A stretch of 64,000 nucleotides of DNA from Synechococcus sp. (GCA_047285535.1 JBJBDC010000001.1:2592136-2656135); one strand, 5' to 3'. Positions 1 to 11,967 are shown, numbered from the stretch's first letter. The notes: generated by a model from the sequence alone, not told the origin. Numbers and translations are program-made.

Positions 1-469
1 TGATCGGCTGAACTTTGGCGCTTTCAGGGATCGGAACCAAGTCAGGCAGGCCATACAGGGTGGCACTGCTACTGAAGACCAGAGTGCGGCAGCCATGGGT
101 CTCCATCGCTTTCAGTAGGGTTTGTGAGCCACAGACGTTCACATCCCAGTAACGCAGAGGTTCACGTACCGATTCGCCCACGGCCTTGAGGCCAGCGAAG
201 TGAATTACCGCGTCGACTGGATGCCCCTGTTTAGCCGCTTCGGCAAAGAGTGCTTCCAGGCAGTTTTGTCTACGGATGTCACCGATTTTCACTTGCAGTC
301 GAGTCTCGCCGTAGTCAACTGCCGCTAACTTTGCGACACGCTTCAGAGCTAGCGGAGAGCTATTGCTGTAGTCATCAAGCACAAGCAGGTCGTGACCCGC
401 TTCCAGAAGAACGAGACAAGTGTGGCTGCCGATGAAGCCGGCCCCACCGGTGATTAGCAGCTTTGCCAT
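1..469 (-). CDS. galE: UDP-glucose 4-epimerase (3' end runs off the window)
   Basis: Hand translation from ATG at 469: MAKLLITGGAGFIGSHTCLVLLEAG...VIHFAGLKAVGESVREPLRYWDVNV...LVFSSSATLYG. Not in the ORF track. Confidence 0.93.
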   Translation of the reverse strand, partial: MAKLLITGGAGFIGSHTCLVLLEAGHDLLVLDDYSNSSPLALKRVAKLAAVDYGETRLQVKIGDIRRQNCLEALFAEAAKQGHPVDAVIHFAGLKAVGESVREPLRYWDVNVCGSQTLLKAMETHGCRTLVFSSSATLYGLPDLVPIPESAKVQPI

Positions 470-598
470 CGAACATGCTCTCTGTTAAGGAATGTAGGAG
501 TCCATCTAGAGGTTGCAGTCGCGACTAGCTAGGGGCGCTCAAGCTTGGCTGTCGAAGTATTCTTACGCTGATATTAAAGATCGCAAGGAGTGGTGTGG

Positions 599-1744
599 AT
601 GGCAATCGGTAAGAAAGCTCTGATTACCGGAATCACTGGTCAAGATGGATCTTATTTAGCGGAACTCTTATTAGAAAAGGGATATGAAGTGCATGGAATT
701 AAAAGGCGAGCGAGCAGTTTTAATACCAATCGAATTGATCACTTGTATCAGGATCCACATGAGATCGATCCGCGGCTTGTGCTGCACTACGGAGATTTAA
801 CGGATAGCACCAACTTGATCCGAATTATTCAGCAAGTGCAGCCAGATGAGATTTACAATCTCGGCGCTCAGAGCCATGTGGCCGTCAGCTTTGAGGCACC
901 TGAATATACGGCGAATAGTGATGCTTTGGGCACGCTGCGGATTTTGGAAGCGGTGCGGATGCTGGGCTTAACCGAGACAACACGGATCTATCAGGCGAGC
1001 ACCAGTGAGCTGTATGGGTTGGTGCAGGAGATGCCCCAACAGGAGAGTACGCCTTTCTATCCGAGAAGTCCTTATGGAGTAGCCAAGTTATATGCGTACT
1101 GGATCACGGTGAATTACCGCGAGGCTTATGGGATGTATGCCTGTAATGGGGTGTTGTTTAACCACGAAAGTCCAAGGCGTGGTGAAACCTTTGTGACGCG
1201 CAAAATCACGCGGGGAATGGCGCGAATTGATGCGGGTTTGGAGGATTGTTTGTATATGGGCAATATCGATTCACTGAGGGATTGGGGTCACGCCCGAGAT
1301 TATGTTGAAATGCAGTGGAGGATGCTGCAGCAGCAGGGTCCTCCGGAGGATTTTGTGATCGCTACGGGTCGGCAAGAAAGCGTGCGGCGGTTTATTGAAT
1401 TGACCGCTCTGGCGCTGGGCTGGGGAGCGATTGAGTGGGAAGGCAAGGGCTTGGACGAAACAGGAAAACGCAACACAGGGGAAGTCGTGGTGCGCATTGA
1501 TCCGCGTTATTTCCGCCCGGCGGAAGTGGAGACCTTGCTGGGTGATCCAACGAAAGCCAAGCAGAAGCTGGGCTGGACGCCGACGACAACGTTGGAGGAA
1601 TTGGTGGCTGAGATGGTGGCGACTGATCAGGAAGAAGCCAAGAAAGAGGCTTACTTGAAGTTGAAAGGATTCAATGTGGTGGGCTCGATGGAGAATCCAC
1701 CGACGAATCCGGAAGCGATCAAGGCTGCTGGAGGCAAGGTGTGA
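599..1744 (+). CDS. gmd: GDP-mannose 4,6-dehydratase
   Basis: [52 protein letters not shown] motifs; ATG 599 preferred over GTG 590. Confidence 0.97.
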   Translation: MAIGKKALITGITGQDGSYLAELLLEKGYEVHGIKRRASSFNTNRIDHLYQDPHEIDPRLVLHYGDLTDSTNLIRIIQQVQPDEIYNLGAQSHVAVSFEAPEYTANSDALGTLRILEAVRMLGLTETTRIYQASTSELYGLVQEMPQQESTPFYPRSPYGVAKLYAYWITVNYREAYGMYACNGVLFNHESPRRGETFVTRKITRGMARIDAGLEDCLYMGNIDSLRDWGHARDYVEMQWRMLQQQGPPEDFVIATGRQESVRRFIELTALALGWGAIEWEGKGLDETGKRNTGEVVVRIDPRYFRPAEVETLLGDPTKAKQKLGWTPTTTLEELVAEMVATDQEEAKKEAYLKLKGFNVVGSMENPPTNPEAIKAAGGKV

Positions 1745-2757
1745 GTGGTTTGATCAAGGCTGATGCCCGCTTCTTTGTGGCGGGAGCACGGGGCATGGCA
1801 GGCAGCGCGATTTGCCGGGCGTTACAGGACAAGGGTTATGGCGATGAGGTCAACGGCGGTGCCTTGCTGACTCCGACAAGGCAGGACTTGGATTTGCTTG
1901 ATTGCGAGGCTGTCAAGGCCTGGTACGGAAAGCACAAACCGGATGTGGTGGTACTGGCGGCTGCAAAGGTGGGGGGGATTTATGCCAATGACACCTATCC
2001 GGCTGATTTTCTGCTGGACAACCTGAAGATCCAGACCAATGTGATTGAAGGGGCTTGGAAAGCTGGGGTCAGGCGCCTCCTTTTTTTAGGCAGTAGTTGT
2101 ATTTACCCGAAGTTTGCAGCGCAACCTATTAAGGAAGAGTCGTTACTCACTGGAGCGTTGGAGCCCACCAATGAGTGGTATGCGATTGCCAAGATCACAG
2201 GGATCAAGCTGTGTGAGTCGCTAAGGAAGCAATACGGCTTTGATGCGATCAGTTTGATGCCAACGAATTTGTATGGGCCCGGAGATAATTACCACCCGGA
2301 AAATAGTCATGTGCTGCCAGCATTGATTCGCCGCTTCCATGAAGCTAAGGAACGTGGAGATCAGCGGGTGACGTGTTGGGGAACGGGATCACCGATGCGA
2401 GAGTTTTTGCATGTGGATGATCTCGGAAATGCATGTGTATTTGCATTGGAGAAGTGGAGCGCCCTTGCTGGTGATGCACCAAAAGATGATCAGGGGAATC
2501 CGCTGGCGTTTTTGAATGTGGGAACGGGCGTTGATCTGACGATTAAGGAATTGGCAGAGCAGATCGCTGAGGTGGTGGGATTCAGTGGCGAGATCGAATG
2601 GGATACAAGCAAGCCGGATGGCACTCCCAAGAAACAGCTGGAGATGAGCCGGATGGCGGGGTTGGGCTGGAGCGCTCAGATCTCCTTGGCACAAGGCTTG
2701 CCCGAGGCCTACAGGGATCTGCAGAGAGCAGAGGCAGCCAAGACCCTGAGGCAGTGA
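1741..2757 (+). CDS. fcl: GDP-L-fucose synthase
   Basis: [39 protein letters not shown] motifs; 4-nt overlap with gmd. Confidence 0.95.
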   Translation: MSGLIKADARFFVAGARGMAGSAICRALQDKGYGDEVNGGALLTPTRQDLDLLDCEAVKAWYGKHKPDVVVLAAAKVGGIYANDTYPADFLLDNLKIQTNVIEGAWKAGVRRLLFLGSSCIYPKFAAQPIKEESLLTGALEPTNEWYAIAKITGIKLCESLRKQYGFDAISLMPTNLYGPGDNYHPENSHVLPALIRRFHEAKERGDQRVTCWGTGSPMREFLHVDDLGNACVFALEKWSALAGDAPKDDQGNPLAFLNVGTGVDLTIKELAEQIAEVVGFSGEIEWDTSKPDGTPKKQLEMSRMAGLGWSAQISLAQGLPEAYRDLQRAEAAKTLRQ

Positions 2758-2759
2758 GT

Positions 2760-3845
2760 TCAACCTACGATTGCGCTCACTTGCTGGCACCAGGTTGGAT
2801 GTTCTAGGTACCAACGAACGGTGTCCTCAATCCCTTTCTTGAAGCTATGCCGGGGCTTCCATCCGAGCTCCTCCTCGATCCTGCGCGGGTTGATGGCGTA
2901 GCGGCGGTCGTGACCAGGGCGATCACGGACTGGTGTGATGAGCTGACGGTGGGGTTCCCCTGAGGGCCGAATTTGATCCAGTAGCTGGCAGATCGTCTCC
3001 ACGACTTCGGTGTTGGTGTGTTCCCCGTAGCCGCCTACGCAATAGCTGCGACCTGATTGCCCTGTGCAGGCGGCTAGCAGAAGGGCATCCACGTGATCTT
3101 CTACGTGAAGCCAGTCGCGAACGTTCATGCCATCGCCGTAGAGAGGGATTGCCTTCCTGCCAGCTGCTTTGAGGATCACCACTGGAATCAACTTTTCGGG
3201 AAACTGCCAAGGGCCATAGTTGTTGCTGCAGTTGGTCAGCACCACAGGCAGCCCATAGGTGTGGTGCCAGGCCTGAACCAAATGGTCGCTGGCAGCCTTG
3301 CTGGCCGAATAGGGGCTACGTGGGTCGTAAGGAGTGGTTTCGGAGAAGCGCCCTTTTGCGCCCAGCGAACCGAACACCTCATCAGTGCTGATGTGATGGA
3401 AACGGAACCGCTCCTGACGCTCTGCATTCAGCTGCTCGTAATGATGGAGTACCGCCTTGAGAAGGTGATAGGTGCCGGTTACGTTGCTCTCAAGGAACAC
3501 ACCAGGGCCTGTAATGGAGCGGTCTACATGGCTTTCAGCTGCTAGGTGCAATACCAGGTCAGGATCGGCTTTCTCCACAGCTGCCTGCACGCCTTCAACG
3601 TTGTTGAGATCCACGCGCAGCAGCTGATGGCGGGGCCGATGCCCGGTGCCTAGCTCCGTTAGGACTTCCTCGATCGAGCTGAGATCGCTGGCGTAACCCA
3701 TCTTGTCGAGGTTGAACACCGTTGCTTCGGTCTCTTTGAGGAGGCGCCGCACCACGGCCCCGCCGATGAAGCCGGCGCCGCCTGTCACCAGAATTTTGTT
3801 GCGTGTTCCAAGCAGATCACTAGCTGCGTGCATGGGCTGGGTCAT
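2760..3845 (-). CDS. rfbB: dTDP-glucose 4,6-dehydratase
   Basis: TGGAGFIG, HLAAESHVDRSI, HISTDEVFG, YSASKA, NCSNNYGP, DRPGHDRRY. Confidence 0.96.
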   Translation of the reverse strand: MTQPMHAASDLLGTRNKILVTGGAGFIGGAVVRRLLKETEATVFNLDKMGYASDLSSIEEVLTELGTGHRPRHQLLRVDLNNVEGVQAAVEKADPDLVLHLAAESHVDRSITGPGVFLESNVTGTYHLLKAVLHHYEQLNAERQERFRFHHISTDEVFGSLGAKGRFSETTPYDPRSPYSASKAASDHLVQAWHHTYGLPVVLTNCSNNYGPWQFPEKLIPVVILKAAGRKAIPLYGDGMNVRDWLHVEDHVDALLLAACTGQSGRSYCVGGYGEHTNTEVVETICQLLDQIRPSGEPHRQLITPVRDRPGHDRRYAINPRRIEEELGWKPRHSFKKGIEDTVRWYLEHPTWCQQVSAIVG

Positions 3846-3866
3846 TGGGGCGGATAAAAAAGTGAA

Positions 3867-4760
3867 TCAAGCCGCTGAAACAGGTACCTGCTGAAGAAGA
3901 GTGCGTAGGGCTTTCTTCCAGTGTTCTCCCTCCAGATGAAGAGCGGCACGGGTCGCGCTGCAATCCAGTAGCGAATAGCTAGGGCGGGGAGCTGGCGTCG
4001 GATACTCCGCTGTGGTGATCGGTTGGACCTGGGCGGGTGTTTCGATCAATCCCAGCTCCTTCCCGATCTGCCCAATGGCTACGGACAACTCGTACCAGCT
4101 GGCTTGACCGGCATCACTCCAATGCAAGACAGGGGGCAGAGAGTACCCTGCGTTGCTTCGCTGGATCGTTTCCCAACAGGCTATGGCCAGGTTGCGAGTG
4201 CTGGTTGGACATCCCACCTGATCAGCGACCACTCTCAGCTTCTTTTTCTCCTGATGCAGTCGAAGCATGGTCAGGGCAAAATTGTTTCCTATAGGGCCGA
4301 TGACCCAGCTCGTGCGGAGAATCAAAGCGCTTGGATGATCACCGAAGATATCGTGAATCGCCTGCTCTCCGGCTGCTTTTGAAGCGCCGTAAACCCCAAG
4401 GGGGTCAGCAGGCTGATTCGGTCGATAGGGCGCTGATTGGCGGCCGTTGAAAACAAAGTCAGTGCTGATCTGGAGCATCCGGCCCCCCTGCTCCTGCAGT
4501 GCATGAGCAAAAGCTGCAGGTGCCCCTGCATTCACTGCATAGGCGAGCTCCGGCTCGGATTGGGCTTGATCCACAGCGGTGTAGGCACCGGCATTGAGTA
4601 CCCAATCGGGACGATGTGTGTTTACGGCGGCTTGGCAGGCCTGATAATTTGAAAGATCGAGCTGGCTGCGGTTGGTGGCGATCAGCTCAATGTCCTTAGG
4701 GACTGACTTCAGGAGGGCTTGACCCAGCTGCCCGTTGGTTCCGGTGACGAGCACTTTCAT
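3867..4760 (-). CDS. rfbD: dTDP-4-dehydrorhamnose reductase
   Basis: GTNGQLG, AYTAVD, ISTDFVF, YGASK, DQVGCPT, RPSYSLL. Confidence 0.95.
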   Translation of the reverse strand: MKVLVTGTNGQLGQALLKSVPKDIELIATNRSQLDLSNYQACQAAVNTHRPDWVLNAGAYTAVDQAQSEPELAYAVNAGAPAAFAHALQEQGGRMLQISTDFVFNGRQSAPYRPNQPADPLGVYGASKAAGEQAIHDIFGDHPSALILRTSWVIGPIGNNFALTMLRLHQEKKKLRVVADQVGCPTSTRNLAIACWETIQRSNAGYSLPPVLHWSDAGQASWYELSVAIGQIGKELGLIETPAQVQPITTAEYPTPAPRPSYSLLDCSATRAALHLEGEHWKKALRTLLQQVPVSAA

Positions 4761-5347
4761 GGGAAAAGATCTCCTCCATTGAGCGAGGCTGTGAACCCTG
4801 GCGCCTTGGCATCTTTCTCAGACAAGCTCAACGGAGTTTCCTGAAGCTTCTCCAGAGGCCAGGTGATGTCCAGATCTGGGTCATTCCAGAGAATGGTTCG
4901 TTCGCAATCCCTGTTCCAGAAACCGCGGGCTTTGTATTGCACCTCGGTTCCCGCACTGAGGGATAGAAAGCCATGGGCAAAACCTTCAGGAATCCAAAGC
5001 TGGGCTTTGTTTTCGGCGCTCAGTTCGGCGCTCACCCACTGGCCAAAGGTTTCTGAACTGCGGCGAATGTCGACCGCTAGATCGAAAATGCTCCCCCTAC
5101 TCACGCGCACTAGCTTGGCTTGCGTTTTTGGAGCCAATTGGTAGTGCAGCCCCCGTAATACCCCCTGACGCGAGCAGGAGTGGTTGTCTTGGGAAAATAC
5201 AACCGTCTCCCCCACGGCATGATCGAAGTGAAGTTGGTTCCAGCTTTCGATAAACCAGCCCCGATCATCACAGAAGGTTTCCGGGGTAATTAATAGTGGC
5301 CCTTCAATGATATTCCCCTGTTTGCTTTTGAGCGGCTCAATGTGCAT
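4757..5347 (-). CDS. rfbC: dTDP-4-dehydrorhamnose 3,5-epimerase
   Basis: [42 protein letters not shown]. Confidence 0.96.
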   Translation of the reverse strand: MHIEPLKSKQGNIIEGPLLITPETFCDDRGWFIESWNQLHFDHAVGETVVFSQDNHSCSRQGVLRGLHYQLAPKTQAKLVRVSRGSIFDLAVDIRRSSETFGQWVSAELSAENKAQLWIPEGFAHGFLSLSAGTEVQYKARGFWNRDCERTILWNDPDLDITWPLEKLQETPLSLSEKDAKAPGFTASLNGGDLFP

Positions 5348-6269
5348 CGCTTGCCCTCATGCTGCTCTTTAAGGCCTCCTGATCACTCTCGCTTTCTTCC
5401 ATTATCTGCAGTAGATAGGAGCCATAACCGCTCTTGATTAAGGGGCGTGCCAGATCCTTGATCTGTGTATTGTTTATCCAGCCCTGTCTCCAGGCCACCT
5501 CTTCTGGGCAGCCCACTTTCAGGCCCTGGCGGTGTTCGAGCGTACGGATATAGCTACTCGCGTCGTTAAGAGAATCACAGGTTCCGGTGTCAAGCCAGGC
5601 CATTCCTCGACTCATCAGTTCAACCTGCAGCAATCCATCGTCTAAATATTGTTGATTGAGGTCAGTGATCTCTAGCTCTCCACGCTTCGAGGGCGTGATC
5701 GTCCGAGCCCTTTCCACAACTGAATCATCGTAAAAATAAAGACCAGTCACGGCATAGCGGCTTTTGGGTAAGGCGGGTTTTTCTTCCAAGCTGAGTACTT
5801 GTCCTTGGGCATTGAATTCTGCGACTCCATAACGCTCAGGGTCCCGTACGGGGTAAGCAAAGACGGTAGCTCCCTTGTTTCGTTGATTACTAGCTACCAA
5901 CTGAGGCACTAGGTCATGCCCATGAAACAGGTTGTCGCCTAAGACGAGCACAGCTGGTGCGCCATCGAGAAAGTCTGCACCGATTAAAAAAGCTTGAGCT
6001 AAGCCATCGGGATTGGCCTGGATCGCATAGGAGATGGTCATCCCCCAATGAGAGCCGTCATCGAGCAACCGCTCAAAAGCCCCTTGATCTTGGGGCGTGG
6101 TGATGATGAGGACCTCACGGATCCCAGCAAGCATCAAAGTGCTGAGTGGGTAGTAGATCATTGGCTTGTCGTAGACAGGCAACAACTGCTTACTGACCGC
6201 TTGAGTGATGGGATGCAGGCGAGTTCCGCTGCCACCAGCCAGGATGATTCCTTTGCGCCTCTGGGCCAA
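5337..6269 (-). CDS. rfbA: Glucose-1-phosphate thymidylyltransferase
   Basis: [45 protein letters not shown]. Confidence 0.97.
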   Translation of the reverse strand: MAQRRKGIILAGGSGTRLHPITQAVSKQLLPVYDKPMIYYPLSTLMLAGIREVLIITTPQDQGAFERLLDDGSHWGMTISYAIQANPDGLAQAFLIGADFLDGAPAVLVLGDNLFHGHDLVPQLVASNQRNKGATVFAYPVRDPERYGVAEFNAQGQVLSLEEKPALPKSRYAVTGLYFYDDSVVERARTITPSKRGELEITDLNQQYLDDGLLQVELMSRGMAWLDTGTCDSLNDASSYIRTLEHRQGLKVGCPEEVAWRQGWINNTQIKDLARPLIKSGYGSYLLQIMEESESDQEALKSSMRASDAH

Positions 6270-6478
6270 AGTGAAAAATTAGTGTCAATCTATTCCAGCA
6301 TGGCTGAGCGGCGGCGATGAATTGAGCTCAAACCTGTGTTGACGGCTAACGCTTGGAGTAGTCGCCTCCTGACTTCCCGTTCAATGAATCAGCGATTGTT
6401 GTCTTAACTCGAGCGCTGTCTGATTCGGCTGTGGTATCTCTGGCCCGTCAGACTGCCCATTAATTGACTGGGAAGGGC

Positions 6479-7765
6479 GTGAGTCAGCTGCAGACCTTGC
6501 GCGGAATGGTTGATCTACTGCCTCAGCAGACAAAGCATTGGCAGGCTGTGGAGGCGGTGGTGCGCGAACATTTTCGTTGCGCAGGGCTCGAAGAGATTCG
6601 CACCCCTTTGCTCGAGTTCACCGAGTTGTTTTCCCGGGGCATTGGTGAGGGTACGGATGTTGTGGGTAAGGAGATGTACACCTTCTTGGATCGAGGTGAA
6701 CGCTCTTGCACGTTGCGTCCTGAAGGCACAGCCTCTGTCGTGAGGGCGGCAATGCAGCACGGCCTATTAAGTCAGGGATCTCAGAAGCTGTGGTACGGCG
6801 GTCCGATGTTCCGCTATGAACGTCCTCAGGCTGGCCGACAACGCCAGTTTCATCAGATTGGTGTGGAATTTCTGGCGGTCAGTAGTCCGCGCAGTGATGC
6901 TGAAGTGATTGCCTTGGCTTGGGATCTTTTGTCTGATTTGGGGGTCCAAGGTCTCACACTTCAAATCAATAGCCTTGGCACTCCTGACGATCGCCAGAGG
7001 TTTCGGGCCGAACTGGTGACTTGGCTTGAGCAGCGCGCTGATCAGTTGGATTCAGATTCCCAGGCACGACTGGCCAGTAATCCACTGCGCATTCTCGACA
7101 GCAAGAACAACGAAACACAACTCCTATTGAATGAAGCCCCAACCTTGCTACAGGCTCTCAGTGAGGAAAGCGTGGCCCGTTTTGAGAATGTGCGCGCCCT
7201 GCTCCATCAGCTTCAAATCCCTCATCAAATCAATCCCCGTTTGGTTCGTGGTCTCGATTACTACGGCCATACAGCGTTTGAAATCACGAGCGATCAACTC
7301 GGTGCTCAGGCCACCGTGTGCGGGGGGGGACGCTATGACGGATTGGTTCAACAGTTGGGTGGTCCAGTCACACCCGCGATTGGCTGGGCCTTGGGAATGG
7401 AGCGTCTTTTACTGGTGATCGATGCGGCTGCTCAAGCGGATCCCGATGGACCTGCGGCCAGGTTGATAGCTGAGAAGTGTCCGCTTGTGTATCTCATTAA
7501 TCGCGGCACGAAGGCTGAAGATCAAGCCTTGGCGTTAGCTCGCCAGTTGCGGGTGGCTGGCCTATCCGTGGAGCTGGATGGCTCAAGCGCTCCTTTCAGT
7601 AAGCAATTCAAGCGTGCCGATCGTTCCGGTGCGCCATGGGCTGTAGTGCTTGGCGACGAAGAAGCTTCGGCCGGCCAGGTGCGGCTGAAGTCCTTGCGTG
7701 GTGAAGAGGAGGAACAGCAACTCACCTGGCAGGAAGTAACGTCCTACTTAAGGAAACAGAGATAA
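6479..7765 (+). CDS. hisS: Histidine--tRNA ligase
   Basis: [52 protein letters not shown] 6479 chosen as start. Confidence 0.97.
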   Translation: MSQLQTLRGMVDLLPQQTKHWQAVEAVVREHFRCAGLEEIRTPLLEFTELFSRGIGEGTDVVGKEMYTFLDRGERSCTLRPEGTASVVRAAMQHGLLSQGSQKLWYGGPMFRYERPQAGRQRQFHQIGVEFLAVSSPRSDAEVIALAWDLLSDLGVQGLTLQINSLGTPDDRQRFRAELVTWLEQRADQLDSDSQARLASNPLRILDSKNNETQLLLNEAPTLLQALSEESVARFENVRALLHQLQIPHQINPRLVRGLDYYGHTAFEITSDQLGAQATVCGGGRYDGLVQQLGGPVTPAIGWALGMERLLLVIDAAAQADPDGPAARLIAEKCPLVYLINRGTKAEDQALALARQLRVAGLSVELDGSSAPFSKQFKRADRSGAPWAVVLGDEEASAGQVRLKSLRGEEEEQQLTWQEVTSYLRKQR

Positions 7766-7802
7766 TCTTCTTTGGAAAAATTACGTAGCGATATCTCTCG
7801 AG

Positions 7803-9233
7803 ATGAGCATGCATTCGACCATACGCAACATTTGCTGCATCGGAGCCGGTTATGTGGGTGGCCCCACCATGGCCGTGATCGCCGATCGTTGTCTTGATAT
7901 GCAAGTAACGGTTGTGGATATCAATCAGGCTCGGATTGATGCCTGGAACAACAGCGATCTTTCCAAACTGCCCGTGTATGAACCAGGCCTTGATGCTGTG
8001 GTGGGTCGAGCAAGAGGTAGGAATTTGCATTTTTCGACGGCGGTAGATGAAGCGATATCAGCGGCAGACATGGTGTTCATTTCTGTTAACACACCCACTA
8101 AGACCAGAGGCTTGGGGGCAGGTCAGGCTAGTGATCTCCGCTGGGTGGAAGCCTGCGCCCGCCAGGTGGCCAAATCATCTCAAGGACACACCATCGTGGT
8201 GGAAAAAAGCACCCTGCCTGTGCGAACAGCGGAGGCAGTTAAGGCAATTTTAGCGTCAGCCTCTGAGCCTCGGACCTTTGATGTGCTCTCGAATCCTGAG
8301 TTTTTGGCTGAGGGGACCGCCATGCGCGATCTGGATCATCCTGATCGCGTTTTGATCGGCGGGGACAATTCTGAGGCTATTGACGCTCTTGCAAACATCT
8401 ACCGCCAGTGGGTGCCCGAGGACAAAATCCTTCGAACCAATCTGTGGAGCAGCGAGCTGTCCAAGCTCACGGCCAATGCCTTTCTTGCCCAGAGAATCAG
8501 CTCCATTAATTCTGTTGCTGCTCTCTGTGAGGCTACCGGTGCTGATGTAAAGGAAGTCTCGAGAGCGATTGGCACTGACAGCCGCATTGGTTCAAAATTT
8601 TTGCAGGCAGGACCTGGGTTTGGGGGCAGCTGTTTTCAAAAAGACATTCTCAATCTGGTGTATTTATGCCGTCATTTTGGTCTCCCTGAAGTGGCTGATT
8701 ATTGGGAAAGTGTGGTTTTGTTGAATACCTGGCAGCAGCATCGAATTGCTCGGTTGGTTGTCCAAAAATTGTTTGGTACGGTCACGGGTAAACGACTGGC
8801 AATTTTGGGTTTTGCGTTCAAGGCTGATACCAACGACACGCGAGAAGCTCCTGCGATTCGAATCTGCAGAGACCTTCTCGAAGAAGGCGCCCAACTTGCT
8901 ATTCATGATCCGAAGGTTGATCCAGAGCAGATCAGCCGTGACTTGAAATTGATGGCAAGCCTTGCTCCTGAAGCGGATGCAGGACCAACGCGTGGTGCAC
9001 TTAGTGGAGAAGCTACATGGTGGTCTAGCCCCGATGTCGCTTCCGCGATTAGCGGTGCTGATGCTGTGTTAATCCTTACTGAGTGGCATCATTATCAAGA
9101 ACTTGATTGGCCAGCTCTTGCACCGCTGATGCGTCAACCGGCTTGGGTGTTTGATGCTCGTGGAATGACGGATTCGAATGAAATTGATTCTGCAGGTCTT
9201 AAGTCTTGGCGAGTGGGACAAGGAGACGGTTGA
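7803..9233 (+). CDS. ugd: UDP-glucose 6-dehydrogenase
   Basis: ICCIGAGYVGGPT, EKSTLPV, SNPEFLAEG, GFGGSCFQKD, FAFKADTND. Confidence 0.95.
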   Translation: MSMHSTIRNICCIGAGYVGGPTMAVIADRCLDMQVTVVDINQARIDAWNNSDLSKLPVYEPGLDAVVGRARGRNLHFSTAVDEAISAADMVFISVNTPTKTRGLGAGQASDLRWVEACARQVAKSSQGHTIVVEKSTLPVRTAEAVKAILASASEPRTFDVLSNPEFLAEGTAMRDLDHPDRVLIGGDNSEAIDALANIYRQWVPEDKILRTNLWSSELSKLTANAFLAQRISSINSVAALCEATGADVKEVSRAIGTDSRIGSKFLQAGPGFGGSCFQKDILNLVYLCRHFGLPEVADYWESVVLLNTWQQHRIARLVVQKLFGTVTGKRLAILGFAFKADTNDTREAPAIRICRDLLEEGAQLAIHDPKVDPEQISRDLKLMASLAPEADAGPTRGALSGEATWWSSPDVASAISGADAVLILTEWHHYQELDWPALAPLMRQPAWVFDARGMTDSNEIDSAGLKSWRVGQGDG

Positions 9234-10036
9234 GAGATTTCGGCTTCAGTTCCCATGGCATTGGAAGATTCTCTCCATGACGCAAGCTATTGATCGCTTA
9301 ATGGACGCGAGTAGTTGTCAATCTTGTCGCTTATGCAGATTGGGGATTCCCACCGGCAAACCCAGCTCACTGGACTCAAAGGAACTTGGTGTGTTGTGCT
9401 TACATTTTTGAGAATGATCACAACGGTGGTGATTGGCGCCGCCGGCTTAATCAAACGTAAAAGCGTTTCCCATCGAAGCGTTTTTGATGATTCCTGCGAG
9501 TATTTTTTCGTGTGTATTCACCGACTATTGGATTGGCGACAGTGGGATCAACATGGGCTACTTGTTCCCAGAGATGTTGAGCAGCCCATTGCACTGAGTA
9601 GTGTTCAGAGTCATATTTGGTGATGTGACACCAATGACTGGAGCCACATTGTTCGCAAAAAAGTTCTTCAAGCTACTTGTTGCTTAACACAAAGACTGGA
9701 AAGCATTAATCACCAATCGTGAATTCTTAGATGGCATGCCCCGTTGTTGGAGTTCATCGGAACTCAGTAGATGCAAAAAATATTTTTTACCGTTACCTCG
9801 AATGATTTGCTCTTGATGAATAAGGAAACAACCTGCCTGCCTTTGGGTCGGCGTGATCGCCTTGAGTAAGACTTTTTGGCTGTCAAAGGAAGAACTGAAA
9901 GTTGGTTTGAAGTTGTTGCGAAGATTCTGATTCGAGAGACTATCTGAAATAAATATGATCTAGGGAGTAATGGATCTAATCCTGAGACAAGTAATTGATT
10001 CTAATAAGAATTAAATATTGTTATTAGCTATGACAT

Positions 10037-10065
10037 AAAAATGCCATTTGATTTTAAAGATGGCA
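10037..10065 (-). terminator. Probable intrinsic terminator after psbJ
   Basis: Minus strand TGCCAT-CTTTAAAATCAA-ATGGCA followed by TTTTT, about 30 nt past the psbJ stop. Confidence 0.5.
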
Positions 10066-10095
10066 CTGCAAAACATGGAAAATTTGAGATGAAAT

Positions 10096-10296
10096 CTAAG
10101 CAGAGCCAACACCCGTGTAGGAGCCGTAAAAGAAGAGGCCAACCACAAAAATAACAGCCATGCCTCCAGCTGTTGCAACGAGCCACAAGGGCAAGGTGCC
10201 TTCAGTCCATCGAGACTTCCAGGCAACAGCTGGTCTGCCATCGGGGAGGCGATCAGGTATGCGACCGTCAGGCAGATTTGATTTCTTACCGCTCAT
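10096..10296 (-). CDS. psbJ: Photosystem II protein J
   Basis: [31 protein letters not shown]; last gene of psbEFLJ. Confidence 0.96.
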   Translation of the reverse strand: MSGKKSNLPDGRIPDRLPDGRPAVAWKSRWTEGTLPLWLVATAGGMAVIFVVGLFFYGSYTGVGSA

Positions 10297-10307
10297 GATT
10301 CAGGCCT

Positions 10308-10427
10308 TCAGTTGAAGAAATAGCTGGAAAAAAGGATGCCTGTTGTGAAAATAAACAACAGGCCCAAGTACAGGCTGGTCCGGTTGAGCTCAACCGGCAA
10401 ATTGTTGGGATTTTGATTGCGCTCCAT
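10308..10427 (-). CDS. psbL: Photosystem II protein L
   Basis: [39 protein letters not shown] (39 aa); ATG at 10427. Confidence 0.96.
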   Translation of the reverse strand: MERNQNPNNLPVELNRTSLYLGLLFIFTTGILFSSYFFN

Positions 10428-10446
10428 GGAAGGATTCGTTAGAGGA

Positions 10447-10584
10447 TCAGCGGCGAATGAATTGCATGGCAGCGAGGGCACCCAAGAAAAACACTGTAGG
10501 TACACCCAAGGTGTGCAAAGCGAGCCAGCGCACCGTAAAAATTGGGTAGTTGCGAGGCGTTGATGTGGCGGGAGACTGGGTCAT
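10447..10584 (-). CDS. psbF: Cytochrome b559 beta subunit
   Basis: Hand translation: [45 protein letters not shown] (45 aa, below track cutoff). Confidence 0.97.
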   Translation of the reverse strand: MTQSPATSTPRNYPIFTVRWLALHTLGVPTVFFLGALAAMQFIRR

Positions 10585-10587
10585 GGT

Positions 10588-10836
10588 TTATTTCAAGCGC
10601 AGGTCTAGATCAGACTTGCCTTCATAGCGCTGGCTCACAACCGGAGCCTTGCTTTCAGAAGCCTGAAAATAAGCATCTGGCCGAGGTGTTCCAAAGGCGT
10701 CGTAGGCGAGACCTGTGGAAACAAACAGGAACCCTGCCAGGAAAATCGAAGGCAGGGTGATGGCATGAATCACCCAATAGCGAATGCTGGTGATGATCTC
10801 AAAAAACGGGCGTTCCCCGGTGGAGCCGGCAGCCAT
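10588..10836 (-). CDS. psbE: Cytochrome b559 alpha subunit
   Basis: [31 protein letters not shown]. Confidence 0.98.
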   Translation of the reverse strand: MAAGSTGERPFFEIITSIRYWVIHAITLPSIFLAGFLFVSTGLAYDAFGTPRPDAYFQASESKAPVVSQRYEGKSDLDLRLK

Positions 10837-10956
10837 AGCGTTGGGCGTATCAGCTCAATGATCTTAGGGCAGGTGCCCCTAAACTCGCGTTTCTTCCATT
10901 CCACTGGTTACAGAGCGTTGTCAGTGCTCGTTGTCAGTGCAGTGGTCATTGGACTG

Positions 10957-11967
10957 TCAGCTCTTGGCTGACCAGCGCAATAGCTGGCCACGTTCTCCGA
11001 GAAGAAAGGCATGAAGTTGATTGCCACTGTGATCAAACACGAATCGATTGAAATTTGTTGGTGTTTGATCTGCTTCAGGATCTTGTTCCCAGCTTTCGCC
11101 GTTATCACGACTCACTAGCAAGGTTCCATTCCCTCCTCCAGCCCAAATAGCACTGTCATCTGACCAAGCCATATCCATGTAGCCGTAGCCATTGGTGATG
11201 GGAATGATTGGCTTGCTCCAGTTCTCGTTGTCAGTGGAGTCGTTGTTGAAACGGATCTGAGCTCCTCTTGCCACCATCCATAAGCGTCCATCAGGTTGAT
11301 AGCCAATGCTTTGCAAACGCTGGCTGCTCACGCGCTGATGAACCTGCCAAACCTCTTGACCGGGAGTCCATGATGCATAAAAGTTGCCGAGACTGCTGAC
11401 GCTGACGTAGCCGCCATCAGGGCCGCGACGCAAATCGCGAATGGCACCTGCTGCATCGCTCACTTCTGCTTCCCAATTGCCACCTCCGTCACTTGTGCGA
11501 TAGACAGCACCAACATTGGTCGCCAATTCTGCTGTGTTGGGCCCTAGAGCAGTAACTAAATAAGGTTCACCAGGAAGTTTGGTGTCAAGGAATAGCCGAG
11601 TCCAGTTCTTTCCACTGTCTGTGGTGTGCATGAGCAAGCCAGGTTGACCGGCAATCCAGCCATCATCTCCATCGAAGGCGATGCTGATCAGACGAAAATT
11701 CTCCTCTTCCGGTAGGTCAAGACTGCGTTGATTCCAGCTTGCGCCGCCATCATTGGTTTCAAGAATGAGTCTGTTACTGCCAACTAAGAAGCCGTGCGCC
11801 GCATTGGTGAAAGCAACGTCAAGGGGATTGCCCTGAGTCTTGAGGTCGATGGCTTGCCAAGGGCTGGATTGTGCCATCGGAAGCCGAGTGGTAACGCAAC
11901 CACTCAGGCCAAGGCCAAGGCAGGTCACCAATAGAAGGTTGAAGAAAGGTTTAAGGAGTTGCTTCAT
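10957..11967 (-). CDS. ycf48: PSII assembly factor Ycf48/Hcf136
   Basis: Lipobox LSGC, Asp-box repeats (TNDGGASW, TTDSGKNW, TSDGGGNW, SRDNGESW); upstream of psbE. Confidence 0.94.
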   Translation of the reverse strand: MKQLLKPFFNLLLVTCLGLGLSGCVTTRLPMAQSSPWQAIDLKTQGNPLDVAFTNAAHGFLVGSNRLILETNDGGASWNQRSLDLPEEENFRLISIAFDGDDGWIAGQPGLLMHTTDSGKNWTRLFLDTKLPGEPYLVTALGPNTAELATNVGAVYRTSDGGGNWEAEVSDAAGAIRDLRRGPDGGYVSVSSLGNFYASWTPGQEVWQVHQRVSSQRLQSIGYQPDGRLWMVARGAQIRFNNDSTDNENWSKPIIPITNGYGYMDMAWSDDSAIWAGGGNGTLLVSRDNGESWEQDPEADQTPTNFNRFVFDHSGNQLHAFLLGERGQLLRWSAKS

